Part shown: in pieces, positions 7,299 to 16,787 of the stretch
Position numbering within the stretch: the first letter of the stretch is position 1
Layout of the letters: every line of letters starts with the position of its first letter
Assembly: GCA_002490245.1 (NCBI GenBank)
Contig: PCNA01000003.1
Location: 1-40,054, forward strand
Origin: Candidatus Bathyarchaeota archaeon B24-2
GTDB lineage: Archaea; Thermoproteota; Bathyarchaeia; Bathyarchaeales; B24-2
DNA length: 40,054 bases
Direction: 5' to 3'
Program-made: the position numbers and the translations under genes
Notes under the pieces: generated by a model
What the model was told of the DNA's origin: nothing
Seen by the model: the letters and a program-made list of their open reading frames with translations, nothing else
The model's database searches: none

Positions 7299-8414
7299 AT
7301 GATGTTGGAAACGTATGACGTGGGCAGTATGCCCCTAGAAGGAGGCTACGAAAGGTTTCTGGAGGGGGCCGCCCGATTCGCCTCCTCACCCCACGTAAGA
7401 GGAAAAGAGGAAAAAGAAGGCTTGGCTGAATACTTTGAGAGAACCGTCGTCCAAGGTTTTCTCGATAAAGTTAAAGCTGGCATAGACATCCCTAACTATC
7501 CCCAATTTAGAGATATGATGACGATGTTCTTTGAGATGATCGACGGAGTCGAGAAAATGGAGGGAGGCTACATAGAAGCTAAGAAACTCTCCTTAAAGGG
7601 TGGCTCAGAGCTACCTGAAGTTTTAGCTATAAAGAGAAACTCTAGGGAGATCTACGAGAAGTGTGGTGAGGCCTTCAGGGTGAAAGTCTGCGTTACAGGA
7701 CCCTATACGCTTGCATCCTCTTTTGCTTATAGAGACACAAGGTTGTACCTTAGGTTGGGGGAAGTCCTCTCGAAGGTGGTGGAGGGAAACATATTTAACG
7801 GTAAGTATGGGCGTGTAGAGCTGCTTGCCCTAGACGAGCCGGTCTTCGGGCTGGTGGACGACCCGACCATGGATAGGGGGTCGGAGGGTAGGGAGAACCT
7901 CCTACAGGCTTGGGAGAAGATCTTTCATAAGGCTACCGCCAGAAACGTTTCAACTTGTATACATTTACACAATACCTCCAACGACCTCTTCTGGGACGTG
8001 GAGTCCCTTAAGATAGTCGAGTCGCATGTAGAGGATCCTCTCTACTCCTCCAAGAGAACTAAAAGCCTCCTAGAACTGAGGGACAAGTTTCTGAAGGCGA
8101 GCATATGCATCACAAACTTCGATGAACTGATAAAGAGAAGAATCTCAACCTCGGTTAAGGAGGCAGAAAGCATTACAGAAAGGGTCGGAGAGGTCTGGAA
8201 GGAGCTGAGCAGAGGCAAGATAGACCCAAACATCTTTCTGGAAAGCGTAGACTCGATGAGAAAGAGGCTTATCGACGTAGTCGAGAGGTTCGGGCCCGAA
8301 AGGGTAATATACGCTGGCCCAGAGTGTGGGTTAGGTAGCTTCCCGACCTATGCGAGTGCTGTCGAGTATCTTAGAAGGGTATCCGAAGCAGCTAAATCGG
8401 CCATAAAAAGGTAA
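7299..8414 (+). CDS. cobalamin-independent methionine synthase catalytic-domain homologue (short archaeal core-MetE-like)
   Basis: 371 aa with CIHLHN and GPECGLGS segments matching the His/Cys...Cys zinc-ligand layout of the MetE C-terminal domain. Confidence 0.55.
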   Translation: MMLETYDVGSMPLEGGYERFLEGAARFASSPHVRGKEEKEGLAEYFERTVVQGFLDKVKAGIDIPNYPQFRDMMTMFFEMIDGVEKMEGGYIEAKKLSLKGGSELPEVLAIKRNSREIYEKCGEAFRVKVCVTGPYTLASSFAYRDTRLYLRLGEVLSKVVEGNIFNGKYGRVELLALDEPVFGLVDDPTMDRGSEGRENLLQAWEKIFHKATARNVSTCIHLHNTSNDLFWDVESLKIVESHVEDPLYSSKRTKSLLELRDKFLKASICITNFDELIKRRISTSVKEAESITERVGEVWKELSRGKIDPNIFLESVDSMRKRLIDVVERFGPERVIYAGPECGLGSFPTYASAVEYLRRVSEAAKSAIKR

Positions 8415-8441
8415 AAAATGGAAGGAGGGTTTAGTGAACGG

Positions 8442-9104
8442 TTACTCTCCGTCTAATTCTTCTAACGCTACGGCTCTTATCCAAGAGGAGTCTAAGTTCT
8501 TTATCCTTAACGGTAGACCTATGAAGAAGAACCTTTTCTTCTTTAGCTGGTTTAGGTTTGCAAGCCGCTCGATTATCGGTATATCGTTCTTAAGCAGGTT
8601 CTCGTGGGTTGCCATTAACTCGTAGCTCGCTTCAACCTTGATCGAATTATCGACCCCCAGAAGCTTAATCTTCTTTTCAGCCATCCACTTCGCGGCTTCA
8701 GGAGATATGGCGGGTCTATCGTCACCCTTATAGGGACTCCAGATGAGCACTATATCCCCAGACTTCACACCAGCCTTCTCCAAGTCCTCAGGGGTTAAAG
8801 GTTCACCAGGCTTCTTATAGCCCAAATCTATGCCTACAGCTTCGCCCATGAACGTTTCTATCGGCAGAGACGTCCCGTCTTTCCCGCCTCTCACATAGTG
8901 GGCTGGAAACTCCACGTGTGTCCCGATATGTGTTTCCGTTTCGACCCAGTGCATGATTGTGTTATCAGGCTTGTATATGAACTCTCTTATCTCGAGCCTT
9001 CTAACCTCTGATCCATGAACGTATTCTCCGTTGGTGTTAAGGGTTCCTGGAACGAGTTCCTCAGAGAGGTCTACTATCCGATATTTCTTCAGGTCGATCA
9101 CCAT
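8442..9104 (-). CDS. cyclase-family hydrolase (kynurenine-formamidase-like)
   Basis: 220 aa with ETHIGTHVEFPAHY, resembling the HxGTHxDxPxH cyclase motif. Confidence 0.6.
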   Translation of the reverse strand: MVIDLKKYRIVDLSEELVPGTLNTNGEYVHGSEVRRLEIREFIYKPDNTIMHWVETETHIGTHVEFPAHYVRGGKDGTSLPIETFMGEAVGIDLGYKKPGEPLTPEDLEKAGVKSGDIVLIWSPYKGDDRPAISPEAAKWMAEKKIKLLGVDNSIKVEASYELMATHENLLKNDIPIIERLANLNQLKKKRFFFIGLPLRIKNLDSSWIRAVALEELDGE

Positions 9105-9221
9105 TTTCGACCCCTCATAACGATCTCTAGTAATCGGTAAATAAACTCTTCTGAATTATGGGGTCTAGAGAAGCCGTTGTTCAGAGAACTGTCAGACTTA
9201 TTTCTTTAGAATCCTAAAGGT

Positions 9222-10427
9222 TTAAGCGTTTTCGATGGTTTTCAGACGTAAGCGGAGCGTCTCCCAATCTCCGACCGGACAGCTAACCTTCTTACCCATC
9301 AGGTATACCGTATTCTCGGACAGCCTCCGATAAAACGGGAGTTTAACCACCGTTCCATCGACCAGTCTCCCCCGAATTTTCACCTTAACTTCTGTACCTT
9401 CCTTCGAGTATTCGATCGGCAGGTAAGCCATGGCGATCCCCACCTTCAGTAGAGGAGAGAACGTCCCGCTTGTAACCTGACCTAAGACCTCCCCGTCTAC
9501 GATCACTTCTTGACCTGGACGCGGTATCCCTCGCTCTAGAAGCCTTATACCGACCCTCTTACGCTTTATACCTTCCCTCTTCTGCTTTAAGAGGGCTTCC
9601 TTACCTATGAAGTCGCCTTTATCGAACTTAACTACGAAGCTTAACCCGGCTTCGAGAGGTGTGGTCTCCTCGGTTAAGTCGTTCCCGTATAGACACATTC
9701 CAGCCTCAAGTCTAAGCGTGTCTCTGGCGCCTAATCCGCAAGGCTCTATACCTTCAGACTTACCAGCCGAAAGGATCGAGTTCCAGACTTTAAACGCTTT
9801 CTGGGGGTCTTGGAGGCTGGTGTCCCACACGAAGACTTCAAAGCCGTCTTCTCCGGTATATCCTGTTCTAGAGACGAAGACTTTACATTCCTCGATCTCT
9901 GTCCACAGGCATTTAAAACGCCTTAAGGTGGAGAGGTCTTGGGTAGATATTCTCTGAAGGACAGATTCCGCTTTCGGCCCCTGAACAGCAAACATCGCTA
10001 TGTTGTCAGAGACGTCCTCGACCTTTACGTCGAACTTTTCTGAGTTATCCTTCAACCATCCATAGTCTTTCTCCCTGTTACTTGCGTTATAGACCACGAG
10101 GTATAAGTTATCCTCGAGTTTCGATATTACTAGATCGTCCTTCACCCCACCGTTATGGTTGCAGAAGGTTGTGTACTGGGCGCTCAGAGGATTAAGCGAA
10201 GACACGTCGTTCGTCGTAACGTAATTCAGAAAACTCTCTGCTTGAGGCCCGCTTACCAGACATCTGCCCATATGGCTAACGTCGAATATGCCCACACTTT
10301 CTCTTACGGCCATATGTTCAACGATTATACCCTTATACCACACAGGCATGGAGAAACCGGCGAACTCGGTTAATTTCCCGTTAGCCTGATGAAAAGAGAA
10401 TAGGTGAGTCTTCTTTAGGGCTGACAC
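9222..10427 (-). CDS. gcvT: glycine cleavage system T protein (aminomethyltransferase)
   Basis: 401 aa with FAGFSMPVWY, GIFDVSHMG and YTGEDGFE motifs. Confidence 0.85.
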   Translation of the reverse strand: MSALKKTHLFSFHQANGKLTEFAGFSMPVWYKGIIVEHMAVRESVGIFDVSHMGRCLVSGPQAESFLNYVTTNDVSSLNPLSAQYTTFCNHNGGVKDDLVISKLEDNLYLVVYNASNREKDYGWLKDNSEKFDVKVEDVSDNIAMFAVQGPKAESVLQRISTQDLSTLRRFKCLWTEIEECKVFVSRTGYTGEDGFEVFVWDTSLQDPQKAFKVWNSILSAGKSEGIEPCGLGARDTLRLEAGMCLYGNDLTEETTPLEAGLSFVVKFDKGDFIGKEALLKQKREGIKRKRVGIRLLERGIPRPGQEVIVDGEVLGQVTSGTFSPLLKVGIAMAYLPIEYSKEGTEVKVKIRGRLVDGTVVKLPFYRRLSENTVYLMGKKVSCPVGDWETLRLRLKTIENA

Positions 10428-10434
10428 CTCAACA

Positions 10435-10614
10435 TCACTCTAACGGGTTTTGTTGAGCAAGTTTTATATCTATCTTTAATGGGATAAAAGAGAGTTCCTT
10501 ACCGCAGTAGGGGCATTTTCCACCCATCATCTCGATTATCTCGTCCGGAGGCTTCAAGTCCTCGCTACGGTATATTACCTTCCCACACTTACCACAGATA
10601 ACCTTCTGAGGCAC
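10435..10614 (-). CDS. small zinc-ribbon protein (59 aa), absent from the supplied ORF track
   Basis: My translation of the - strand gives a GTG start and VPQKVICGKCGKVIYRSEDLKPPDEIIEMMGGKCPYCGKELSFIPLKIDIKLAQQNPLE. It has CxxC...CxxC, ends 7 nt before the gcvT ATG, and has a TATA-like AAATATATG about 35 nt upstream. Confidence 0.5.
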   Translation of the reverse strand: MPQKVICGKCGKVIYRSEDLKPPDEIIEMMGGKCPYCGKELSFIPLKIDIKLAQQNPLE

Positions 10615-10700
10615 AATTATTCACCAACATCGATAGAACGTAGAACATATATTTCAATCTTCGCTTAAGCAACGCTTTTATACATCTTAGACACGCGTCT

Positions 10701-12788
10701 TTGAGAGGGACGATGTCTATAAAGAAGGGTTACACACTGGTGATTACGGAAAAACCTACGGCGGCACTTAGAGTAGCTAGGGCTTTAGACATCAACGGCA
10801 AACCAAAAAAACTCAGGTTAGGCAGCATCCCGTACTTCCTATCTAGAAACACGAAGGACATAGTCGTCGTCTCGGCCTTAGGCCACCTATACACGGTAAC
10901 GCAGGAAGGAGGGGGAAGAAACTTCTATCCAGTCTTCGACTATAAATGGGCTCCTAGACACTTAGTGGAGAGAAACGCAGGCAAAATTAAGGATTGGATA
11001 GAAGCGATCTCTAAGCTATCAGAAGGGGCAGACGAATTCATCAATTCATGCGACTACGATGTTGAAGGAAGCCTCATAGGATACACGATATTAAAGTATG
11101 CTTGTGGGGGAAAGGAGAAGCACGCGAAGAGGATGAAGTTCTCGACTTTAACGAAGAGGGATCTTATAGAAGCCTACAACAACGTTTCTTCTACGCTCGA
11201 TTTCCCGCTCGTCTACGCGGGAAAAACGAGGCATGAAGTAGATTGGTTATACGGAATAAACCTCTCGAGGGCGTTAACCTTATCTGCTAAAAGGTGGAGT
11301 GGCAAATATTCGACTTTAAGCACAGGGAGGGTTCAGGGTCCAACCCTAAAGTTTCTCTATAACAGGGAGAAGGAGATCCTGTCTTTCGTTCCTACGCCAT
11401 ACTGGGAGGTTAAGGCGAGGATTGAAGTTAAAGGCGAAACCTTAGATGTGGAGTTCGAAGGGGGCAAGATATACAAGAAGAGTGAGGCAGACCGCATAGT
11501 CGACGTATGTAGGGGGAAAACCGGAGAAGTCGTAGATGTTAAGGTAAAGAGGTTTCATGTAGCCCCTCCTATACCCTTCGACCTAGGGCTACTTCAAACA
11601 GAAGCATACAGACATTTCAGGTACACTCCGAGAAGAACTCTGAACATAGCCGAACGGCTCTATCTTGAGGCCTTAATCTCTTACCCGAGAACCAGCAGCC
11701 AAAAATTGCCTCCATCGATAAATTACACAGAGATCTTGAAGGGGTTGAGCGGGATTCCAGCCTACAGAAAACTGGCTGAATCGCTGTTAAGTAAAGACGA
11801 ACTTAAACCTAAGGAGGGGAAACGGGAGGATCCTGCCCATCCAGCGATCTATCCGACGGGAAACAAGCCTGAAAGAGAGTTAAGCGATCAGGAGAGACGG
11901 GTATACGACCTAATCGTAAGAAGATTCATGGCGGTGTTCGGAGAACCTGCAGTAAAGGAGAGCGTGAAAGTAACGATCGATGTTAAGGGATATAGATTCC
12001 TTTTAAGAGGAAAGAGGGTTCTAAAGGAGGGTTGGATCAGGCTTTATGGCCCCTACGTTAAAGACGAAGCCGTCATTTTACCGCCTCTAAGTAACGGCGA
12101 AACCGTAGTGGTTAAGGAGGTCTTGAGAGAAGACAAGTTTACCCATCCGCCTCCACGTTATAATCCGGCCAGCCTCTTGAAGAAGATGGAGGAGGAAAGG
12201 ATAGGGACTAAGGCCACCAGAGCAGACATCATTCAAACCCTCTATGACAGAGGGTACATAACGGGTGAAAGAATAGTCGTTACGGAGATAGGGTTCGACG
12301 TCATAGAAGTCCTCGAGAAAAACTGTCCAAGGGTTCTCTCGGTAGACTTAACCAGAGAACTCGAGGAGAAGATGGAAAAGATAGCTAGAGGCGAAGAAGA
12401 GGACGTAAACGTTATAATAGAGGCTGTCGAACACCTTAAACCTATACTCGAGGAGTTTAAGTCCAAAGAAAGGCTGATAGGAGAGGCTTTAAGCAACGCT
12501 ATAAAGGCAACGAGGATGAAGAACAGGATAGTGGGAAGCTGCCCTACATGTGGAAGCGGAAAACTTATGATCCTCTACTCACGTAAGACGGGGAAAAGGT
12601 TCATCGGATGTACAAACTACTTCAAAGGGTTATGTAAAACGTCTTTCCCGCTCCCGCAGAAGGGAACCGTTAAACCTACTGGAGAGAAGTGTAAACACTG
12701 TGGCTGGCCGACTGTATCGGTCAGGATTAAAGGGAAGAGGCCGTGGAACCTATGCTTTAACCCTAATTGTCCATCGAAAGGAGATTAA
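10701..12788 (+). CDS. topA: type IA DNA topoisomerase (archaeal TopA/Topo III-like)
   Basis: 695 aa with the Toprim motifs LVITEKP and CDYDVEGS, plus C-terminal zinc ribbons (CPTCGSG, CKHCGWP). The start is TTG at 10701 or, more likely, ATG at 10713. Confidence 0.88.
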   Translation: MRGTMSIKKGYTLVITEKPTAALRVARALDINGKPKKLRLGSIPYFLSRNTKDIVVVSALGHLYTVTQEGGGRNFYPVFDYKWAPRHLVERNAGKIKDWIEAISKLSEGADEFINSCDYDVEGSLIGYTILKYACGGKEKHAKRMKFSTLTKRDLIEAYNNVSSTLDFPLVYAGKTRHEVDWLYGINLSRALTLSAKRWSGKYSTLSTGRVQGPTLKFLYNREKEILSFVPTPYWEVKARIEVKGETLDVEFEGGKIYKKSEADRIVDVCRGKTGEVVDVKVKRFHVAPPIPFDLGLLQTEAYRHFRYTPRRTLNIAERLYLEALISYPRTSSQKLPPSINYTEILKGLSGIPAYRKLAESLLSKDELKPKEGKREDPAHPAIYPTGNKPERELSDQERRVYDLIVRRFMAVFGEPAVKESVKVTIDVKGYRFLLRGKRVLKEGWIRLYGPYVKDEAVILPPLSNGETVVVKEVLREDKFTHPPPRYNPASLLKKMEEERIGTKATRADIIQTLYDRGYITGERIVVTEIGFDVIEVLEKNCPRVLSVDLTRELEEKMEKIARGEEEDVNVIIEAVEHLKPILEEFKSKERLIGEALSNAIKATRMKNRIVGSCPTCGSGKLMILYSRKTGKRFIGCTNYFKGLCKTSFPLPQKGTVKPTGEKCKHCGWPTVSVRIKGKRPWNLCFNPNCPSKGD

Positions 12789-12794
12789 TGAGAT

Positions 12795-13016
12795 ATGAAG
12801 TGCTCGATCTGCGGAAGAAAAAGCGAGGGAGAATTCTGTGACTATCATCTATTAGCGTACAGAAAACTTAAGGAAGCCTATGTCAAATGGAAAGAGGCAA
12901 CCGATATCTCATGGACAGAATATTTAAGTGAGATCGTGAAAAATCCATTTACGGGTGAGTGGAGCAAGGAGGTCGCGAAAAAACTTTTAGAGGACGGTAA
13001 AGATGAAGCGAAGTAG
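12795..13016 (+). CDS. small Cys/His protein of unknown function
   Basis: 73 aa with an N-terminal CSICG...CDYH. It lies directly downstream of topA. Confidence 0.5.
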   Translation: MKCSICGRKSEGEFCDYHLLAYRKLKEAYVKWKEATDISWTEYLSEIVKNPFTGEWSKEVAKKLLEDGKDEAK

Positions 13017-13401
13017 AGCTCCCTCAAAGATGCTAGATATAATCTCGAGACTGAAATTTTCGGAGAAAGTAATGATCATCCTAATGTTAACCTTAACAAT
13101 CTTCATTTTAGGCGGCGGAATATACGACCTGATCTATAGGCCTGTATCGACTATTCCGTTTATGGGTAGATACGTGTTCTATTATCCATACTCGATTAAT
13201 GAGCAAACCCTTAATGAAAGCATAACCGTGATGATATTCTACGTTATGGGCACGGTTGGAATGATCCTGATGTACCAGAGCACGAAGTATATGAGTTCTC
13301 CGAGAAAGGCTTACGCCACCCTACTATTAGGTATAGTACTGTTCATATTGGGGTACGGCTTAACAGAAGTCCTATATAGGATGAAGGTAGGCATGTTGTA
13401 A
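13003..13401 (+). CDS. membrane protein of unknown function (3-4 TM)
   Basis: 132 aa with hydrophobic segments. It overlaps the preceding ORF by 14 nt. Confidence 0.5.
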   Translation: MKRSRAPSKMLDIISRLKFSEKVMIILMLTLTIFILGGGIYDLIYRPVSTIPFMGRYVFYYPYSINEQTLNESITVMIFYVMGTVGMILMYQSTKYMSSPRKAYATLLLGIVLFILGYGLTEVLYRMKVGML

Positions 13402-13414
13402 AGTCTAATTCTCT

Positions 13415-13909
13415 TTACCATGGAACCTTCTTGAACCCAAAGATGTAGGCGAACAAGTTGGTAAGTACGTGGATTATAGGCGTCAAGAGTAGAACCGTTA
13501 TTATAACTTCTATCTTGATCGGAGAAACTAGGTAAGCGAAGCCTATGGCGAAAAGTACGAACGTTAACTGATCTAGGATGGGAAAGGGTTTTCCAGGAGG
13601 GAAGTTTAACCTTCTTTTTATGAAAGAGCCTGAAAGATCGCCTACTAACGTGCCTATAGAAAGAGCCACGCCGACTTTAAAGTCATAGTTGAGAAGGTAG
13701 TAGAGTATGGCGGCGGTTAAGATCCCAAACAGTAATCCAGATATGGTGCCTCTAACCGTTTTGTGGTTACCGAACAGAGGTTTTCCGTCCAGAAAGAGTT
13801 TACCTTGGTCGAGCGGTTTACCGCCGCCGAAGATTACGGGAGCGGCGTTGGCACAATACGCGGGTAGGATGAAGATCAGCGACGACGTCATCAACTTTAT
13901 GAATTCCAA
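13415..13909 (-). CDS. carS: CDP-archaeol synthase
   Basis: 164 aa membrane protein with LPAYCANAAPVIFGGGKPLD...GNHKTVRGT, the CarS (DUF46) signature as I recall it. Confidence 0.7.
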   Translation of the reverse strand: MEFIKLMTSSLIFILPAYCANAAPVIFGGGKPLDQGKLFLDGKPLFGNHKTVRGTISGLLFGILTAAILYYLLNYDFKVGVALSIGTLVGDLSGSFIKRRLNFPPGKPFPILDQLTFVLFAIGFAYLVSPIKIEVIITVLLLTPIIHVLTNLFAYIFGFKKVPW

Positions 13910-13912
13910 AGG

Positions 13913-14626
13913 CTAACCTCCCACCTCCAAGCCACGAATACCGTTTTCACAGATTTTTAGGTTAATAACGCTCGATTCTCCCCTTTTAAACCCTTTCTCG
14001 ATAGACGCTTGAATAACCCCCGACTTTGAAGAACGTTTTAATCGTATAACCACGTCTGACCAGTAGTTTAAGATGCGGGTAGCCACTGGCTCGACGGCTT
14101 CCGGATCAACGTTCTCAGATAGCTGACGTCTTACTTGAGCGGTAAGCATAGCCGCAGCCCCTGAACCTTTAATGGCATCCGCGATGAACGCTAACTGTCT
14201 GTTTAGCTCACGGTTCAAGACGAAGGACTCAGCCTTACTACCGAGCTCAAGGCGGTAAAGGGAGGTTATAGTATCGAATATTATCAAGCCCACCCTTCCC
14301 GTCAAATATTCATGTAGATGGTCTACGAAGTAGCCTTGCATCTCGAAGGACTCAGGTTGTATTATGAGAATCAGCGGGGAAATCTTACTTAAGTGGGGGC
14401 CTGAGATCTGGGATAAACGCTCCGTCGAGAACGACGATTCAGGGTCCACGAATATAGACTTAAGGTTCATCATCGCCGCGTTAACGGCTAGCTGAATAGC
14501 CAACGTGGTTTTTCCGGTTCCCGCCTCTCCATAAAATAGATACATAAGTCCAGGTTTTAGTCCTCCGTCCAACATCGAGTCTAAACCCTTACATCCTGTA
14601 GGTATAGTCCGACTTGAATAGTCCAC
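13913..14626 (-). CDS. radB: RadB-type RecA-family recombinase paralogue
   Basis: 237 aa with GLDSMLDGGL and the Walker A GEAGTGKT. It ends 3 nt upstream of carS. Confidence 0.7.
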   Translation of the reverse strand: MDYSSRTIPTGCKGLDSMLDGGLKPGLMYLFYGEAGTGKTTLAIQLAVNAAMMNLKSIFVDPESSFSTERLSQISGPHLSKISPLILIIQPESFEMQGYFVDHLHEYLTGRVGLIIFDTITSLYRLELGSKAESFVLNRELNRQLAFIADAIKGSGAAAMLTAQVRRQLSENVDPEAVEPVATRILNYWSDVVIRLKRSSKSGVIQASIEKGFKRGESSVINLKICENGIRGLEVGG

Positions 14627-14708
14627 AGGTAAAACCTTAATGAGTGAGGGTTTATATAAGTACTTACTGTAGAGAGTCGATATCGTTTAGAGAATTGTTG
14701 GTAGAGGC

Positions 14709-15350
14709 ATGATGAAAAGGAAGATTGCGGTGGCCACGGTCTCCGGTAAGGCATATTACCTGATAGTCCGGGAGCTAGAGAAGCTAAAGGTGCCCTTCAT
14801 CAGTTTAAGGCCTTGGGACGCCGTCCCCACGGAGGTCGACGTAGTCATCACGACAGAAAAAGAGAGGGATATGGTAAACCATCCTACAATCGTAACCCTC
14901 AGCGAGGAAGGCGACGTTAGCGAGGCTGTAGGTAAAGCCGTAAAGCTGGCTATGGAAAAGGAGGGGGAGGACGCCGTAGTCTTGGGTGTAGACCCAGGTA
15001 AAACTTACGGTTTAGCCTTGCTTGTCGGTAGAGAGGTGTATGAGACCTCCACTCACAGCACGCTTGGAGGAGTCCTCAGGGCGATACTTAAAGCCTTAAA
15101 CGCTCTACCTTTCCCAAAGAAGATCGTGAGAGTGGGAGGGGGAGCCCAGCCTTATACGGACGAGTTGATCAAGTCTTTGGATGACCTTCTACCTCGAAAC
15201 GTGACCATAGAGGTCGTTAACGAGGAGGGAACGACCAAGAAGATTAAGGATGTCGAGAAGGTCGGTGGAGGAAAGGACGCAAGTTCAGCCGTTATGATAG
15301 CCATGCGAAAGGGGAAGGTTTGCGCTAGAGGAAAGGCCGGCGAGCGATAG
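14709..15350 (+). CDS. predicted RNase H-fold (RuvC/YqgF-like) protein
   Basis: 213 aa. The segment VLGVDPGKTYGLALL resembles the first catalytic strand of RuvC/YqgF-type nucleases. It is divergent from radB. Confidence 0.4.
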   Translation: MMKRKIAVATVSGKAYYLIVRELEKLKVPFISLRPWDAVPTEVDVVITTEKERDMVNHPTIVTLSEEGDVSEAVGKAVKLAMEKEGEDAVVLGVDPGKTYGLALLVGREVYETSTHSTLGGVLRAILKALNALPFPKKIVRVGGGAQPYTDELIKSLDDLLPRNVTIEVVNEEGTTKKIKDVEKVGGGKDASSAVMIAMRKGKVCARGKAGER

Positions 15351-15371
15351 GGGCGCTTAAGGTGGAAGGAG

Positions 15372-16067
15372 TTGAAGATACTGGTTATAGCGGATATACA
15401 CGCGAACATAGTCGCTTTTAAGGCTGTCCTATCCGACGTGAAGGACTACGACTTGATACTCCATGCCGGCGACATAGTGGACTATAACCCTTGGCCCGGT
15501 GAGGCGATAGACCTAGTTAAGGAACTCGGAGTTAAGACCGTTATAGGAAATCACGACAGAGACTCGGCGACCGGGGCTCCTGTAGGATATAACCCCTACG
15601 CGGAGATAAGCTGCCTATGGACGCATAGAAGATTAACGAGAAAGGAGAAACTTTACCTGCTAAGACTCCCAGAAACCTTAACTTACGACTTTAACGGTGT
15701 CAAGGTTTTTATGTGTCATGGTAGCCCTAACTTCCCGGTCGACGAGTATATTTTTCCTCCACCCACAACACCTGAAAGATACCTTAAAGAATTGGTTATG
15801 AAGGCTGGGGCAGACGTCCTGATCTTAGGACACACGCATGTACCGTTCATCTATAAAGTCGACGGAAAATACGTTTTAAACCCGGGTGGAGTCGGGCAAC
15901 CCCGCGATGGAGACCCTAGAGCGAGCTACGTTATGATGGAGGTTGACGGGGGAGAGGTGAGATTCGAGCATCGTAGAGTGCGTTACGATGTCGAGAAGGT
16001 GGCAGACGAGATACTCAAGGTCGGCTTACCGGAGATGCTTGCTAGAAGACTGTACTTCGGATTCTAG
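15372..16067 (+). CDS. metallophosphoesterase (YfcE/MJ0936-like)
   Basis: 231 aa with the DIHAN, GDIVD, GNHD and GHTH motifs and a TTG start. Confidence 0.8.
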   Translation: MKILVIADIHANIVAFKAVLSDVKDYDLILHAGDIVDYNPWPGEAIDLVKELGVKTVIGNHDRDSATGAPVGYNPYAEISCLWTHRRLTRKEKLYLLRLPETLTYDFNGVKVFMCHGSPNFPVDEYIFPPPTTPERYLKELVMKAGADVLILGHTHVPFIYKVDGKYVLNPGGVGQPRDGDPRASYVMMEVDGGEVRFEHRRVRYDVEKVADEILKVGLPEMLARRLYFGF

Positions 16068-16738
16068 AGTCTAGCTCCGAACGTCTTAGAGCCTGTTACA
16101 CAGAACTCTATTATAGGGCATGACCGGCATCTCGGCTTTCTCGCTCTACAATACTTCCTACCCAAGGCTATAAACGCCAGATGAACCGTTAAATAATCTT
16201 CCACTTTAAACAGGGATTCTAAGGTCTTCCTCAACTCCTCGTAGCCAGCTCCCTCCTCAACGATCTTTAACCTCTCCGAAACCCTTCTCACGTGTGTATC
16301 CACAGGTATTACAGGCCTCCCAGCCGAGAACAGGAGGACTACGTCGCATGTCTTCGGGCCTACACCAGGCAAACTCATCAACTTCTCTCTAGCTTCGTCT
16401 AGCTCCGCGGTGTATACGAAGTCGAGGTTTCCTCCAAACCTTTCCAAAATCTCTTTCGAGACGGCTTTTATGACCTTTGCTTTATTCCTCTGTAGACCGC
16501 CTATTCTGATGGCTGATTCTATGTCTTCTATGCTGGCCTCTGCAAGTTTGCTGGGAGAAACCTTAAACCTTTTAGCTAGTCTCTTGAAAGCTCTTTCAGT
16601 ATTTATGCTGCTCGTAGACTGCGAGAGTATAGTCCTTATTAGGGTCTCGAAGGGATCTCTCTTAACGTGTGTTGGCCGTAGAGCGCCGAACTCGAACTTT
16701 AATTTTTCGAGTATTCTGCTGGCCGTGGAGTAGTCCAT
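16064..16738 (-). CDS. nth: endonuclease III / HhH-GPD DNA glycosylase
   Basis: The HhH motif LPGVGPKTCDVVL, VDTHV and the Fe-S loop CRARKPRCRSCPIIEFC are present. I take the start as the internal ATG at 16738 (MDYSTASRIL...). The upstream 151 codons of the 375-aa track ORF look like non-coding run-on. Confidence 0.8.
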   Translation of the reverse strand: MDYSTASRILEKLKFEFGALRPTHVKRDPFETLIRTILSQSTSSINTERAFKRLAKRFKVSPSKLAEASIEDIESAIRIGGLQRNKAKVIKAVSKEILERFGGNLDFVYTAELDEAREKLMSLPGVGPKTCDVVLLFSAGRPVIPVDTHVRRVSERLKIVEEGAGYEELRKTLESLFKVEDYLTVHLAFIALGRKYCRARKPRCRSCPIIEFCVTGSKTFGARL

Positions 16739-16787
16739 GAGGAAACCTATATAGATGGTTGTATAAAGATGTGTTTGGTAGGTTTCG

